A stretch of DNA of 64,000 bases from Octopus bimaculoides (GCF_001194135.2 NC_068982.1:185184446-185248445); one strand, 5' to 3'; positions 22,583 through 35,699 are shown, numbered from the stretch's first letter. The notes: generated by a model from the sequence alone, not told the origin. Program-made: numbers and translations.

Positions 22583-24596
22583 AAGCTGCATAATCTCTCT
22601 TAGATCAAACATACTGTGTCAAAAAATGAAAGACACACCGAATAATGTTGTTCTAGTTATACTAGGTCTAAATAAAAGATCATGTTTGAAATGTCATAGG
22701 TCTGCTGGATGAGAACTGACCTGGTGCTAAACAAAAAAATAACATCAGTGAAGATAGCCAATGACTAAAGCGTATACCATTAGTATACTTCTCTATTGCA
22801 ATCACAATTTCTCTCCTCTTTAGCTAGAGGTTTCATTTGTATATAAACTTAATACTTACTAAAATACTGGTCTCAAAACAATGGTGATGATAGGGCATGA
22901 ACTCATAACCTGTAGTTGAGAGACCAGAGTTTTAATCACTCAGCCATTTAGTAGTTGTTCAACTCCAAGTCAGCCCTGATCATGCAGATCTATGATTAAA
23001 GGCATTCCAACCATAACCATCTCATCTTTTCACAAGTGCAGGGAATCTGTCACTACATTATTCAGTGTGTCTTTTTAAAACTGGTAGGGTGCGATTTGAA
23101 GGGTGTTTGGCTGTCATTTCTAGCTGGTCAAGAACCCACATAAGACTAGATGTTGAACCACTCAGTCACTGCAAAACTCACATTTGTTTTATTTTTCCCT
23201 CTACATTTGCATTTAGGTACTTATTTTTCTATACCTCTAAGAGATAAGTTGTATAAAGTTATCCTCTGGAAAGGAGATTAGCCTGTTGTGGGTGACTCCT
23301 CCTTAAAAAATTGGTACTCCTTACACATAGACAAACTGAAGTAATACAAATTTAAAAATCATGTTCTGAAACAAAACATTTGTTTTGGATTTGAACTCCT
23401 AACCCCCTATAACTACTTCTTTCTCTAAATAGCCTTCTTTTGAGAAAGCAATAATGAAATGATCAATTAAATCAGGATATGAGAAATACAATGGTGTGGA
23501 AGGAACATATTTGATTTTATCATAGTCCTTATGATCAAGATCATGCTTTAGCTCTTAGAGAAACTGTGTAGCTTTGTGTCTTGATAAAAATAACATCTAT
23601 TAGCCTCCAGACATCAACAATTGAACATCAATTGTTGAGAATCTGCATCAGTCTGTGAGAATCTGCAAATATCATGGTCACTGTCCTTCTTTAAAGTAAG
23701 ACAAATAAAACCATTATCTCAACTGTGTACTCGGCAGTTCTTAGACATTGTTGTTTAGTTCCAGTTAGTTTTGATCATGGAAACCATTAACAGATGTTGT
23801 CAGTCAAACTAAATGCAACTCACAAATATCTTGTGTGAAGACTGCACACTCTAATATGCAGAAGTTTATTTGTATAAAAAGCGTTGTGTCTTCATCTGTG
23901 CATACCCCTCACCCCTCTACTAGTTAGTTTGGTTTTTGTATATCTGTAAGTTCTGGTAGTAATTGCAGAGAAAATTGGCAAGGTGGATGTAGTTGAAGAG
24001 TTACAATTGTTTCTTTGTATGTTGGTGGTGTTATATCTCAGCACAGTGTTTTGGGTTAGTGAGGTTGTTGCTAAGAGAGAGAGAGAGAAGGAGAGTATGT
24101 GTGTGTGTGTGTGCATGTATGTGTTGTAGCAAGCTTTGTCAAGTTTGGGTTTAATAATCAGCGCAATTTCAAGAAGACTTTTATGTGAAATAATTACACA
24201 TGAGAATGATTCTACAAAATGTCTTATCTAAGTGGTGCTGGTCAGTAATAGGAAGGGTATCTAGCTGTCAACTACTTGGTTCAATAATACATGTTTGTAC
24301 ATATTTACATAACCCACCTAACAGACTGCAGCATGGGAAAAATGGACCAAAAAAAATGTAAAATAAAAGAAGTACAAGGATTAAATTAAAGAGGTACAGG
24401 GATTACTTTTCAAAGAGGAGGGGATAGAATCCAGTATGCTGACATCCACCTCTCTATCTCACCCATTATATTACTAATGGGGAGGGGAGGGATAATAGGC
24501 TAAAGTTCCCGAATGGGATAGGAACTAAATAATTCCTGAGAAAGAATTGAATAGAATGGTTCTTGACTGTCTTCACCGTTTCAATCCCAGCTACTC

Positions 24597-25017
24597 TGTG
24601 CTCACATCTTGATTAATCCATCATGTTTACTTAGTTCACATCTCAGTTAATCCTCCATGTTTATTTAGTTCACGTCCCAATTGATCCATCCTGTTCCCTT
24701 GTTTCCCATCTCAAACCACCATCTTTACATAGACTGTTCACATCTCTTAATCCACCACGTTCAATTACTCCATGTTCATTCACAATCCACCCTGTTCACA
24801 TTTCAGTTAATCCATCATGTTCATTTAGTTAATTAATTCACCCATGTCACTTTGTTCACATTTCAATTAACCTTGTTCACTTCAACCATTCACATTTCAG
24901 TGTTAACTAAGACAAATCACAAATAACATTCCAATTCATCATGTTCATTTAATTCGCATGACTCCACCTTCTTCACTTAGACTGGAGGGCATAATTAATT
25001 CATCCTGTTCACTTGGA
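24597..25017. repeat. Degenerate ~34-bp minisatellite
   Basis: Recurring GTTCACATYTCAGTTAATCCATCATGTTCATTTA. Confidence 0.6.
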
Positions 25018-25256
25018 TAGGAAGTTCTAGTTTTTGTCTTGTTTTTAACAAAATGTTTGTAAATATTTGTTTGGTTTATTCATTGTTTATTTCTAATTGT
25101 TTTTAAAAAATATATTCATATATGTCTATATATATAATGTACTTATATATGTTTATATAATGTGTATATATATATATANNNNNNNNNNNNNNNNNNNNNN
25201 NNNNNNNNNNNNNNNNNNNNNNNNNNNNNNNNNTACACACATACACACACAATGTA

Positions 25257-25295
<39 letters not shown>

Positions 25296-26245
25296 CATTC
25301 ATGCACACACACACACATATATATATATAGTACATACATATTAAAAATAATGTTTTCATATTTTCTACAATTATTATTTTTAAATAAAAAAAAATAGAGA
25401 AATTATTATACCTTGTTCATGTTATTTCTTTGAATGACTGAAATACCTGCGTAACCTATGATCTCTCTGACCAGATATACAACATGTAATGTTCCAAACC
25501 ATGATGGTAATTACAAGAATACAGTAAAACATTAGCTACAAGAAGGCACTATTACCACCTGATTAACTTCACTAGTGTGACACCTCTGGCCATGTAAAGT
25601 ATGAGAAATTTATCTCTGACACTGTCATCATTATCATCATCATTATTTAATGCCTATTTTCCATGTTGGCATGGGTTGGATGGTTTGATTTTGGCTTGGT
25701 TTTTATGGTTGGATGCCCTTCCTAATGCCAACCTCTTTACAAAATGTGCTGGGTGCTTTTAACATGGATTAGCAACAGTTGGGTTGAGAAATATCAAGCA
25801 ATCTAACTGGAAGTAATCTACTGAAGAAGAAGACAGGAAGATGTGGTGAAGGCTGAACTTCATGAAGGAGATGATAAAGAGCTGCAATAAGTGGCAAGAT
25901 ATAGTGCATACAAACTTTGCAAAGTGTGCATATGATGATAATGATGTTAATAATATTGTATTTAAGCATTCAGTTGTGTGAATCCAAGGATCATTTGTGA
26001 TGTTTGCACCAAAACCTCAATTAGATATTTACTCATCCTTTCAGAAGCACCAATAATTCATAGATCCATGCAGCTAAATCAGACACTATAAAACAGATAT
26101 ATGTTATATTTAAAATGATTTTATTCCAAAAAAGTTTGAAGTGTACAAGAATTTTTTTTCATTTAACATTATCAAAATTTCATAAATATTTTACAGGGAT
26201 CACAGATTTCATAAATTCAGAACTAACCTGGTTGTGGGCGTGTGT

Positions 26246-26295
<50 letters not shown>

Positions 26296-27494
26296 GATAT
26301 GGCAGAAGTAATGCCCTTTTTGCATTTAATAACATTTATAGTATATAAATGTTTAAGTAATTTTTTATTGAACACAAATTTATTGCATTACTTAAAGAAA
26401 TGAATAATAAACTAATTAAAAAATTGCAGAAGTTTTAGGAAATAAAAAAGTAACTCAATTAGAAACTAGAAACTCAAATACAAAAGGGTGTTACTTCTGC
26501 TGCACCCTCTGTGTGTGTATGTGTATATATATATATATATATCTATATATATATATATATAATGTGACTGGATATATATTCATTCACAAATATATTATCA
26601 AATAAAGAGTGCATGGGAAAAGACATTGGACAAACATGTAGCTCTATGGAAAAGAAAACATTCCAGTGTTTGCCTGATAATGCTTCATACTTCACACGAT
26701 TTATAGACAGACATGTGTTATATATATATATATATATATATATATANNNNNNNNNNNNNNNNNNNNNNNNNNNNNNNNNNNNNNNNNNNNNNNNNNNNNN
26801 NNNNNNNNNNNNNNNNNNNNNNNNNNNNNNNNNNNNNNNNNNNNNNNNNNNNNNNNNNNNNNNNNNNNNNNNNNNNNNNNNNNNNNNNNNNNNNNNNNNN
26901 NNNNNNNNNNNNNNNNNNNNNNNNNNNNNNNNNNNNNNNNNNNNNNNNNNNNNNNNNNNNNNNNNNNNNNNNNNNNNNNNNNNNNNNGTATGTATAATGA
27001 TCTGTATTATGTGTAAAAAATAATAAAATATATACATATTCATGTGTGTGTGTGTGTCTGTGTCCCACAACTTGAAGTAGAGTTCAAAACAAATAGACTA
27101 ATAACTAAATAGTGGACAATAGCTCTCTCTCTCTCTCATACTAGTGCTTATCTACATCTGAAATAATGTCTCCCAAACTGAACACTAGTAGTGTAATTAT
27201 AAAATATATACCTATGTCTAAATAGCAAGATGCTAGTGGTAGTAAGGAATGATGTTAATAATAATACTACGGGATTGTTGGGGGGGGGGGGAAGACATTG
27301 CTAGTTGGAGAAACGGCACCCTTAGTGATTGTAATGAAACAGAAAGAGCTGGGCAGCCAGTCTGAAGAGAAGGCATTGTGAGTCCTCGAGTGACACAACA
27401 AAGGGCGATATGTAAAAAAATATATAACAGCAGCACCAAGTCGTAAACGTTCTGCTCATACAACTAAGCACTATCCTAAGTGCTAAGGTTCAGT

Positions 27495-27615
27495 CTAAAG
27501 ACCTTCAATCATAATGGCTGAAGCACCACCACCACCATTACAGATTCCAGCAACTCCAAGTTCTCCAGGCTTCAGGTTCAATGCCATCCTTCCTGTGATT
27601 CGGGTTCCAGACATT
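27495..27615 (-). CDS. ACAT1: ACAT1 last coding exon with the second catalytic Cys
   Basis: ctttgcAG|AATGTCT...CTTTAG; 121 nt; [39 protein letters not shown]. Confidence 0.95.
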
Positions 27616-27929
27616 CTGCAAAGACAAAAACATATAACATTTTTACAGCCAGAGTTGTGCATTATTCTGAATCTCAACAATAGAATTAGTAACGGTGTGC
27701 ACGTGTGCGTGCATGCACACACACACAAAGAATACGGCTTGACATGTAAATATACCTATGTATGCATATATACATATTTCATACACAGCACATCACTCTC
27801 TCTCTCTCTCATATATCTTCATCATCTCAATTTACGCTTAATATATTCTTTCACCTCTGCCACTATCCGGCATATATAAGTGCTTACACTTATCAAGTAT
27901 TACCTCTAAAATTTACAGTACCTACCTAT

Positions 27930-28245
27930 ATATATAAATATATAGTTTTAGAGAAAAGAACCAAAGTTCATGAATTCATTCATGAAAATCCAGTCACATA
28001 TAGAAAAATTAAGTAAATGCACGATAAATAAGTATAATATAATACAAAGTAAAAATCATAAGATAATGAAGATAATTATTATTATTATTATTATTATTAT
28101 TATCATATTTCTTATGATTTTACTTTGTATTATATTATACTTATTTATCGTGCATTTACTTATTAATTTTTCTATACGTGACTGGATTTTCATGAATGAG
28201 TTCATGAACTTTGGTTCTTTTCTCTAAAACTATATATTTATATAT
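27930..28245. repeat. Near-perfect long inverted repeat (~145-bp arms) centred on (ATT)n
   Basis: TATAGTTTTAGAGAAAAGAACCAAAGTTCATGAA... is mirrored by ...TTCATGAACTTTGGTTCTTTTCTCTAAAACTATA. Confidence 0.85.
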
Positions 28246-28311
28246 TTTATACTGTGAAACTTAATTTAATTTTAATTTTTGATAAATTGCATTTAATTGA
28301 GTTTTTACCTG

Positions 28312-28436
28312 TAAATTTGGATTTTTATCCCTGATATTATTATATATATATCATTGTTTAACGCCCGCTTTCCATGCTAGCAGACGTTAAACGATGATAT
28401 ATATATAATAATATTAGGGATAAAAATCCAAATTTA
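28312..28436. repeat. Second inverted repeat (~50-bp arms) built around family C tails
   Basis: TAAATTTGGATTTTTATCCCT.ATATTATT..ATCA.TGTTTAACG / CGTTAAACGATGAT..AATAATATTAGGGATAAAAATCCAAATTTA. Confidence 0.8.
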
Positions 28437-28734
28437 TATATATATATATATATACACACACACATATATATATATAGGTAATATACAAGGAGTTTTTGTT
28501 AACTGATGTAATGTAATAGCTATGTACTATGAGTGCTCAGTTTGGTTTACCACCAAAACACATGTAGTGTTTGTGATGTTGAGACTGCCTATCAAAGGTG
28601 GCTAGAAATGGCTTCTCCTTGAGCGGGTGGATACAGATTAAAATAAAAAATGCAAAAGCAAAATATTTGGCATCACTCAAAATAAAATTTAATTTAGACA
28701 GAGAATATAAGCATATAGAGTCTCTTACAGCTGT

Positions 28735-29960
28735 TTCTAGAACAGCCAAATGCTTAGTGGTATTTCACCTGTTGCTATGTTCTGTGTTCAAATTCTGCCA
28801 AGGTTGACTTTGCCTTTCATCCTTTTGGGGTCAATAAATTAAGTACCAATGAAATACTGGGGTCAAGGTAATCGACATATCCCTTCCCCCAAAATGGCTG
28901 CCCTTGTGGCAAAATTTGAAACCATTATTATTATATTATTATTATTATTATTATTATTGCATTTCATCTGACCTTATGTTCTGAGTTCAAATTCTGCCAA
29001 GGTTGACTTTACTTTTCATCCTTTCAGGGTTGATGAAATAAGTACCAGTTGAGTACTGGGGTCGATGTAATCGATTATCCCCCTCCCCCAAATTTCAGGC
29101 CCTGTGCCTATAGTAGAAAAGATTATTATTATTATAGGCAGTGAGTTTGTAGGATTGTTAGTGTGTTGGACAGAATGCTTAGCAGCATTTCTTGTAGTTC
29201 TTTGTTCTGAGTTCAAATGCCATTGAGGTCAACTTTGTGTTTCATCCTTTTGGGGTTGATAAAATAAGTACCAGTTGAACACTGGGGTCAATGTAGTCAA
29301 CTTACCCTTCAAAACTACTGGTCTTCTTCTAAAATTAAAATTAAATTATTATTATTATTATTTAAGGTGGGGAGCTGGCAGAATCGTTAGCACACTGGAC
29401 GAGATGTTTAGCAGTATTTCACCTGTCGCTATGTTCTGAGTTCAAATTCTGCCAAGGTCAACTTTGCCTTTCATCCTTTCAGGGTTGATAAATTAAGTAC
29501 CATTGATACACTGGGGTTGATGTATTCAACTCATCCCCTCCCTCAGAGTGGCTGCCCTTGCAGCAAAATTTGAAACCATCATCATTATTATTATTAGGGT
29601 ATTTGATTGATAGAATTGTTAGATTGCCAAATAAAAATGTCTTGCAGTATTTTTCCAAGATCAATGTAATTAATTAAACTTCTCCCCTCAAAATTGCTAC
29701 TCTTGTGCCTAAATCAGAAACAATTATTATTATTATTATTATTAGGGTGGAAATTTGACAGAATCATTAGAGCACAGGTCAATGTGCTTAATAGTATTTG
29801 TTGCAATTCTTTATGTTCTGAGTTCAAATCCTGCTGAGATCAACATTGTCTTTCATTTCGCTAGGGTTGATGATATAAATTACCAATCAAGTACTGGGTT
29901 CGATTTAATCAGTTAACACATTCCTTTAAAACCTGCTGGCCTTGTGCCAAACCCAGAAAC
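28735..29960 (+). mobile_element. Head-to-tail cluster of ~5-6 SINE family B copies separated by (ATT)n tails
   Basis: Core TTCTGAGTTCAAAT...CTTTCATCC..GGGGT.GATAAA..AAGTACCA recurs at ~28780, 28980, 29205, 29430 and 29815. Confidence 0.75.
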
Positions 29961-30778
29961 TGTTATTATAATAATGATTATTAAGTTCAAAGAAGGTAAT
30001 GCTTAAAGCTGTTTCAAGCCCTGCCATCATGGTGAGACTGATATAGTTGAAATTCTGTAGGTTGATGTCTGTAAGAACAACAGACAATAGGTGGTGGTGG
30101 TGATGGTGATGGGGCACCGAAAGAGCAGCAGAAGGAAAATTGGCCAAAATGTTTAAGTACCAAGTCTGGCTGTGACACACACTCTGATGCATTGCATCAT
30201 GTTTCTATGTGTATCTTAATGAAGTCAGCCAAGAAGAAGGGACTGTGCTCGTGAGCTCCATGGGTCTCCAGGACTTGTGAGAGTGATGTGGTTGATGTTA
30301 AGCTTCAACTGAAAGCTGATGTCTGCAAGGAGAACATCAACATAAAAGCAGTCCAAGAGGTTGGATAAAATGGAAGCCATTGTAGTAGTAGTAGTAGTAG
30401 CAGCAGCAGTATGAAATGAGCTGGTGATCTAATACATCATCTACAGCAAATGCACTGCACATAGCGAGAATACATTATAAATATGTTTGATGAGACATCA
30501 AACATACTCTCTGTATAAAGGAAACCTAAATAAGCTTCATACATACAGAAGAACTACAAAGACTATGGACAGTTTCCTTGATTCTTAGGTGAACTAATAA
30601 AATAAAGGACAGAAATGAAACTATGTCAAACAATGTTGACATATCAAGGAGAACAAGGAGTTTATACATCAACAATAGCTTACACACTTAAGAGTATCTC
30701 TAAAGGAAACATATGAAGGTCAATTTGTGTGGTAAATAAATTGTGAGGGTGAAGAAGAAAGAAAAGTTTGTTTCTTAC

Positions 30779-30936
30779 CCGATTGGGTGGCCCAAACTAA
30801 CAGCACCACCATGAATGTTCACTTTGGCAGGATCAAGACCCATCAATTTGTTGCAGGCCAATACAACCACACTGAATGCTTCATTTATTTCCCACATTGA
30901 TATGTCAGATACATTCTTACCAAACTGGGCCAAAAG
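30779..30936 (-). CDS. ACAT1: ACAT1 exon with NEAF and GHP catalytic motifs (human exon 11 equivalent)
   Basis: gtttttcAG|CTTTTG...CCAATCGG|GTaaga; 158 nt; [52 protein letters not shown](G). Confidence 0.95.
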
Positions 30937-32437
30937 CTGAAAAACAAACAATAAATTTGCAAAATTAAGCTTACTGGCCTACTGACCACATGATGATACT
31001 TTCAGATCTTACTATTGTCTTAACTATTCTCAAACTGTCTGAGATAATTTGCCATTGGTTAGATTATAATTTTTCATTCTGTTAAACTCATCTTTAAATA
31101 TGAACAAGTTTTCATTATTTACACCTACATTCAACCAGTTTGATCTCTGATTATCATCAAGGTGTGTCTCATTCTTCGATGTTGTGCATTATCCCAGACT
31201 TGATCTAGACTAGAAACTTTTGTTTCTAAATAATAGATAATAATGCCATTACTGAGGTCAAATGGTCGTGTTGTGACTTGCTGAATAAAAATATTATTAT
31301 TTATAATTTAGAAATGAAGGTTGTCATTTCAAATCAAGCCTGGTCCTACATATATATTCAGAAATAAGACACCTCATGATCAGAAATCAAACTGATTCAA
31401 ATTATAGCTATTGTATTGTCGCTGGGCAAGGTATTGATTGCTTCAACATTACTCCATTGTTGAAAACAGATTCTGCTACTAATTCTTCAATGAGTGGGTA
31501 GCAGAAATATAAAGGAGACATCCATTGTGTGTGTGTGTGTGTGTGTGTGTGGTATCCATTTTCTGATCATTGCTCCACACAAAAATGGTGGAATGGCTTT
31601 TGTATATTTAGACACATGTATATTTTTTGACATCGGTTACGCTCAAATATAAAATTGTAGTGGATCCTGTTAGACTGAAATAAACAAAGTTATATATATT
31701 GCCTCATTATACCATACAATGGTTGAACTTTTATATATTTTGAACTGATCATTATGTGGTCACTAGTTCAGTGGCTTCCAAATATGTAAAATACTAAAAA
31801 AAAGAAAATGTTTACAAGGGAGTGAATTAATAATGGGACGAGTCATTGGTTCAAGTTGGGAGTCAGTTAATGATAGAACCAGCCATAGGTTCAAGGATGA
31901 GGTCAGCAAAGTCAGGCGTTGAACTAAGTTTTAGCATAGCTGTGTGGTCAAGAAGTTTGCTTCTCAAGTACATGGTTTCAGATTCAGTTCCAATGTATGA
32001 CATCTTGAGCAAGTGTCTTCTACTATAGTCCCAGGTTGACCAAAGGGATTTAGTAGACGGAGACCGAAAGAAGCTCATTGTATGCATGTGTGTGTGTGTG
32101 TGCAGGTGTCTCTTTGTCTTGACATCACATGATAATTGTAAACAAGCATCACTGTCATATAACTGGTATCCATCATTTCTAATGTTCCATGAAAACAGGT
32201 CTAGCTCCAGGAGGCATAACCTTATTTGGAAACAGTGTGGGTTGGTGACAGGAAGGGCATCTGGTCATAGAAAAATCTGCTTCAACAAGTTCCATGAAGC
32301 TGTGTGGGCATGGAAAAGCTGACGTTAAAATGATGAAGATGATGACTTCCTCATCACTTTATTATTATAACGTGGTCTGTCTGCAACAGGATGGGAATAG
32401 TCTTGTGGAAAAGGTGATCATGGCTGGTCTATGTACA

Positions 32438-32460
32438 AGGTTAGGGTTAGGGTTAGGGTT
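32438..32460 (+). repeat. Short interstitial (TTAGGG)3 tract
   Basis: AGGTTAGGGTTAGGGTTAGGGTT. Confidence 0.7.
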
Positions 32461-32765
32461 ATGTCCTCATTGGTGACAGAAGAAAAAATTAACTGCTTAG
32501 CTTTCAGATTACTCTGTCAAATGTAATGCATATTCATGCAAATTGGTTTGAATTAATTATGCATTATCTCATAACTTTAAGATTTCAATGATATGATTGC
32601 TTATTTTTTAGAATGACATTGTAGGATAGGTGTGAAAGGTCAGATCTGGCCAGTTTGAATATAAAACATGAGAAATATCTGGGTCTGACATAGGCAGTTT
32701 AAATGCTAAAGGGTTGATCTGAAGATAAAACCTCAGTTATGAAGTAAATGAGTGAAAAATGTTAC

Positions 32766-32830
32766 CTTCTCCATGGCTACAGCTGGGGCTGTCGGGAAAT
32801 CAATTGGGTTCTTGGCAGCATCAGCAAAAC
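32766..32830 (-). CDS. ACAT1: ACAT1 exon (human exon 10 equivalent)
   Basis: acattcAG|GTTTTG...GAGAAG|GTaaca; 65 nt; (G)FADAAKNPIDFPTAPAVAMEK; the DFP motif is typical of T2-type thiolase. Confidence 0.92.
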
Positions 32831-33070
32831 CTGAATGTATAGGGATAAGTCAAGCCAATAAGATATTCCGTGTTGATTTCAATACACATCAGTCATACAC
32901 AGTAACAAAAACAATAATAAAACAACAACCTTAGGAACATGGTTGAAACATTTGCTTTATAGTCATGTTGCCCAAGTTCAATACTACCCTACAAGTGACT
33001 TCTACCATAGCCCCAAGCTGACCAATGCCTTGTGAATGGTATTTGGTAGATAGGCGCTTTGCAGAAGTCC

Positions 33071-33128
<58 letters not shown>

Positions 33129-33687
33129 AGGGATGAGTATGACCACGTCTTGTGCATGATTTTTCTGTGTTCCTTTGTCGTCTTTCAGTTGATGTTTTAC
33201 TCTTTTATATATTATATTATCATTATTTTTTCTTCTACTACCTTCTTGGTAGGTTTTCCCTGAAGGAACAGAGGCAAGAGAATAATGAGGACTCTTTCCT
33301 CTTATAAGGTACAAAGCTATTTCCCTAGTGCCAATACCACAATGGAATGCATACACTACCATTGTAAAATGGAAGGTGTGTTACATGCAAAGTGTTCTAC
33401 AAGATCTCCAGATAAATTGTACTTTTTATGACACTCTTGATTTGACATATGGGACCAACCTCTTTTCCACAAATGCAACCTCAAACCCTAACATTATGAG
33501 CATCATACCTAACTGTCAAATTCATTCATTCTATACAAAAACGTGGAATGGTCATGATCAGAATAATTTTGGTCATAAGTTTGTTGGATCTGGGTTGACT
33601 TGAGGCTAAACAATAACCACAACAACAATAATGAGGAGATGTAATTATGTGTTGCACAGATGTATTAGTAAATGAAGAAAGTCTTAC

Positions 33688-33801
33688 CAACAATTCGAGC
33701 CAGTGGTTTCACCTTTAACCTGTCGGCTGCCTGTGCTGTCATGAGAACCATAGCAGCAGCACCATCATCTAATTTACTGGAGTTAGCTACAGTCACGGTA
33801 C
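33688..33801 (-). CDS. ACAT1: ACAT1 exon (human exon 9 equivalent)
   Basis: ctcctcAG|GTACCG...ATTGTTG|GTaaga; 114 nt; (G)[37 protein letters not shown](G). Confidence 0.93.
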
Positions 33802-33929
33802 CTGAGGAGAAAAATAATGTTATAGAGAGTACCAATATGGCAATGGTCAGGGGTAGCAGTGTAGTGTTATATGCAGCAGAACTAAATCATTAGAAGAATT
33901 AGTTTAATATCCACAATACTAATTTAAGG

Positions 33930-34680
33930 TAACATACAGTACTAACATATTGTTATCTGTACTACTAACACAGTATCATCTGCAGTGTTAATACAGTGGC
34001 TCCCAGCAACTGTATCAATACAGTGGTTACCGGCAGTATTAATAGTCATAAGCACTCTTAATACAGTCATCTGTACAGTACTTACACAGTGTCATATGTT
34101 AATATACTGTCAACTGCAGTGCTAATACAATAGGCATTGCATTGCTTATACAATGTTATTTACAGTGTTATCTACAGCAGTGCTTCTCAAACTATCTGAT
34201 GTGGTGTACCGACAGTTTTTTTTTTCCAATGTGCCAGGGACTGGTAATATTTCTTGTTAATATTAATTTATACCGGAAACAATATAAATAATGAATATAA
34301 TAAAAGCTGACAATTTTTTTGTCTTATATTTATTTTGTAAACAAATAATACAATATTACATAAGCATTTTATAATGTTTCTTTCTTTCCTGGAAACTCAC
34401 CTCGTACTGCCAGCTGATGGCTTGCAGACTGGTGCCGGTCTGTAGACCACCACTTTGAGTAGCTCTGATCTACAGTGCTATTCCACTGGGCGACCTTGTT
34501 ACTTGTATGTCATCTGCAATGCTAATACAGTGTCATGTGCAGTGTTAATATAGTTGACATCAGTATTAATACAGAGTCATCTCTATTGTTAATACACTGG
34601 TCATGTAGAGTGTTAATAGTGCTACTGATATTGTTAAAATAGCATGATCAGTATTGTTGATAAACGGTTATGTATAGTGT
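33930..34680. repeat. Degenerate ~23-bp minisatellite interrupted by a hAT MITE
   Basis: Recurring GCAGTGTTAATACAGTGTCATCT on both sides of 34178-34467. Confidence 0.6.
34178..34467. mobile_element. hAT (Charlie-like) MITE
   Basis: TIRs CAGTGCTTCTCAAA / TTTGAGTAGCTCTG; perfect 8-bp TSD ATCTACAG (34170-34177, 34468-34475). Confidence 0.8.
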
Positions 34681-34704
34681 ATATATGGTGTAAGTAAAGT
34701 TTAC

Positions 34705-34797
34705 CTTCTGCCTTTTGGAACACTGGTCTGAGACTGGGGACTTTGTCTAGTTTCATTTTATGCAACTCTTCATCTTTAGATATGGTTACTGTTTCTC
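34705..34797 (-). CDS. ACAT1: ACAT1 exon (human exon 8 equivalent)
   Basis: tttactAG|GAGAAA...GCAGAAG|GTaaac; 93 nt; (G)ETVTISKDEELHKMKLDKVPSLRPVFQKAE(G). Confidence 0.88.
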
Positions 34798-35545
34798 CTA
34801 GTAAATAAAAGAAATTTATTATTAATGGTGAAATAAAAGATTTGGAAGCAAAGGTTTGGTGTTCCTAGAGGTGGTATAAATTGTGTGATGGTGGTGGTGG
34901 TCATGGTGTAGCACTGAATCTGGAAGAGGTGGAGGTTAAGAATAAGTCAATAATATTGACTGTATTCCTGGAAAAAAAAAACACTGTTCAAGGCCTTGGA
35001 GTGTTCTTGGCTTTGAATTTTACTGGATAATTCCATGTCCTTTGGAGGTAATATGTAGAAGAGTATTTTGCAGTAGAAGGTTGCTGTTGAACAAAAATCT
35101 TAGAAGAGAACCTAGTTAGTGTCTCTGGAGGCAGGGAGGAAGTGTGAATCAAGTCAGAAGGCAGCAAACCACATCTTTCTACATGACTGAGACAACCACA
35201 GATATCATGAGCTTTATCCATCCTTTGGCTAAATTATGAAATGAATATTGTACTAAGGACATGTGAGGATATGTTGTGCAGGATGCAGTGTGGTAGTCTG
35301 GGTATCTTGTGTTGTGCTGTTGTGTCATAGTACATGTATGGTAGTGTAATGTTGTAGATAGGACATGTTGTATGGCTAGTGTGATAGACAGGACGTGTTG
35401 CGAGGATATATGTGGAGATGTAGTGTGATAGACAGGACATGTTGTGAGAGGTGTAGCATGATAGTCTCTTTGGGCAGTGATGTAATCAATTAATTTGATG
35501 GGTGTGAAGGGTGAAGTAGCATAATAGAGAATAACTATGTCATAC

Positions 35546-35699
35546 CTTTTTTCTTTGGTATCTGAACAGGTGTAATTTCAGCTGCCAAGATACCCTCATC
35601 ACAAGCCTTCTGACTACGTTTGTAACTCATAACAGCATGTTCATCTTGTTCTGCACGTGAGATGTCATATTTTTTAGCAGTGTCCTCAGCACAGTTTCC
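35546..35699 (-). CDS. ACAT1: ACAT1 exon (human exon 7 equivalent)
   Basis: ctttgtAG|GGAAAC...AAAAAAG|GTatga; 154 nt; GNCAEDTAKKYDISRAEQDEHAVMSYKRSQKACDEGILAAEITPVQIPKKK(G). Confidence 0.93.

Noticed and set aside
30290-30390. LINE endonuclease-like fragment (NINIKAVQEVG*NGS)
   Set aside because: Too short and decayed to support a feature call.
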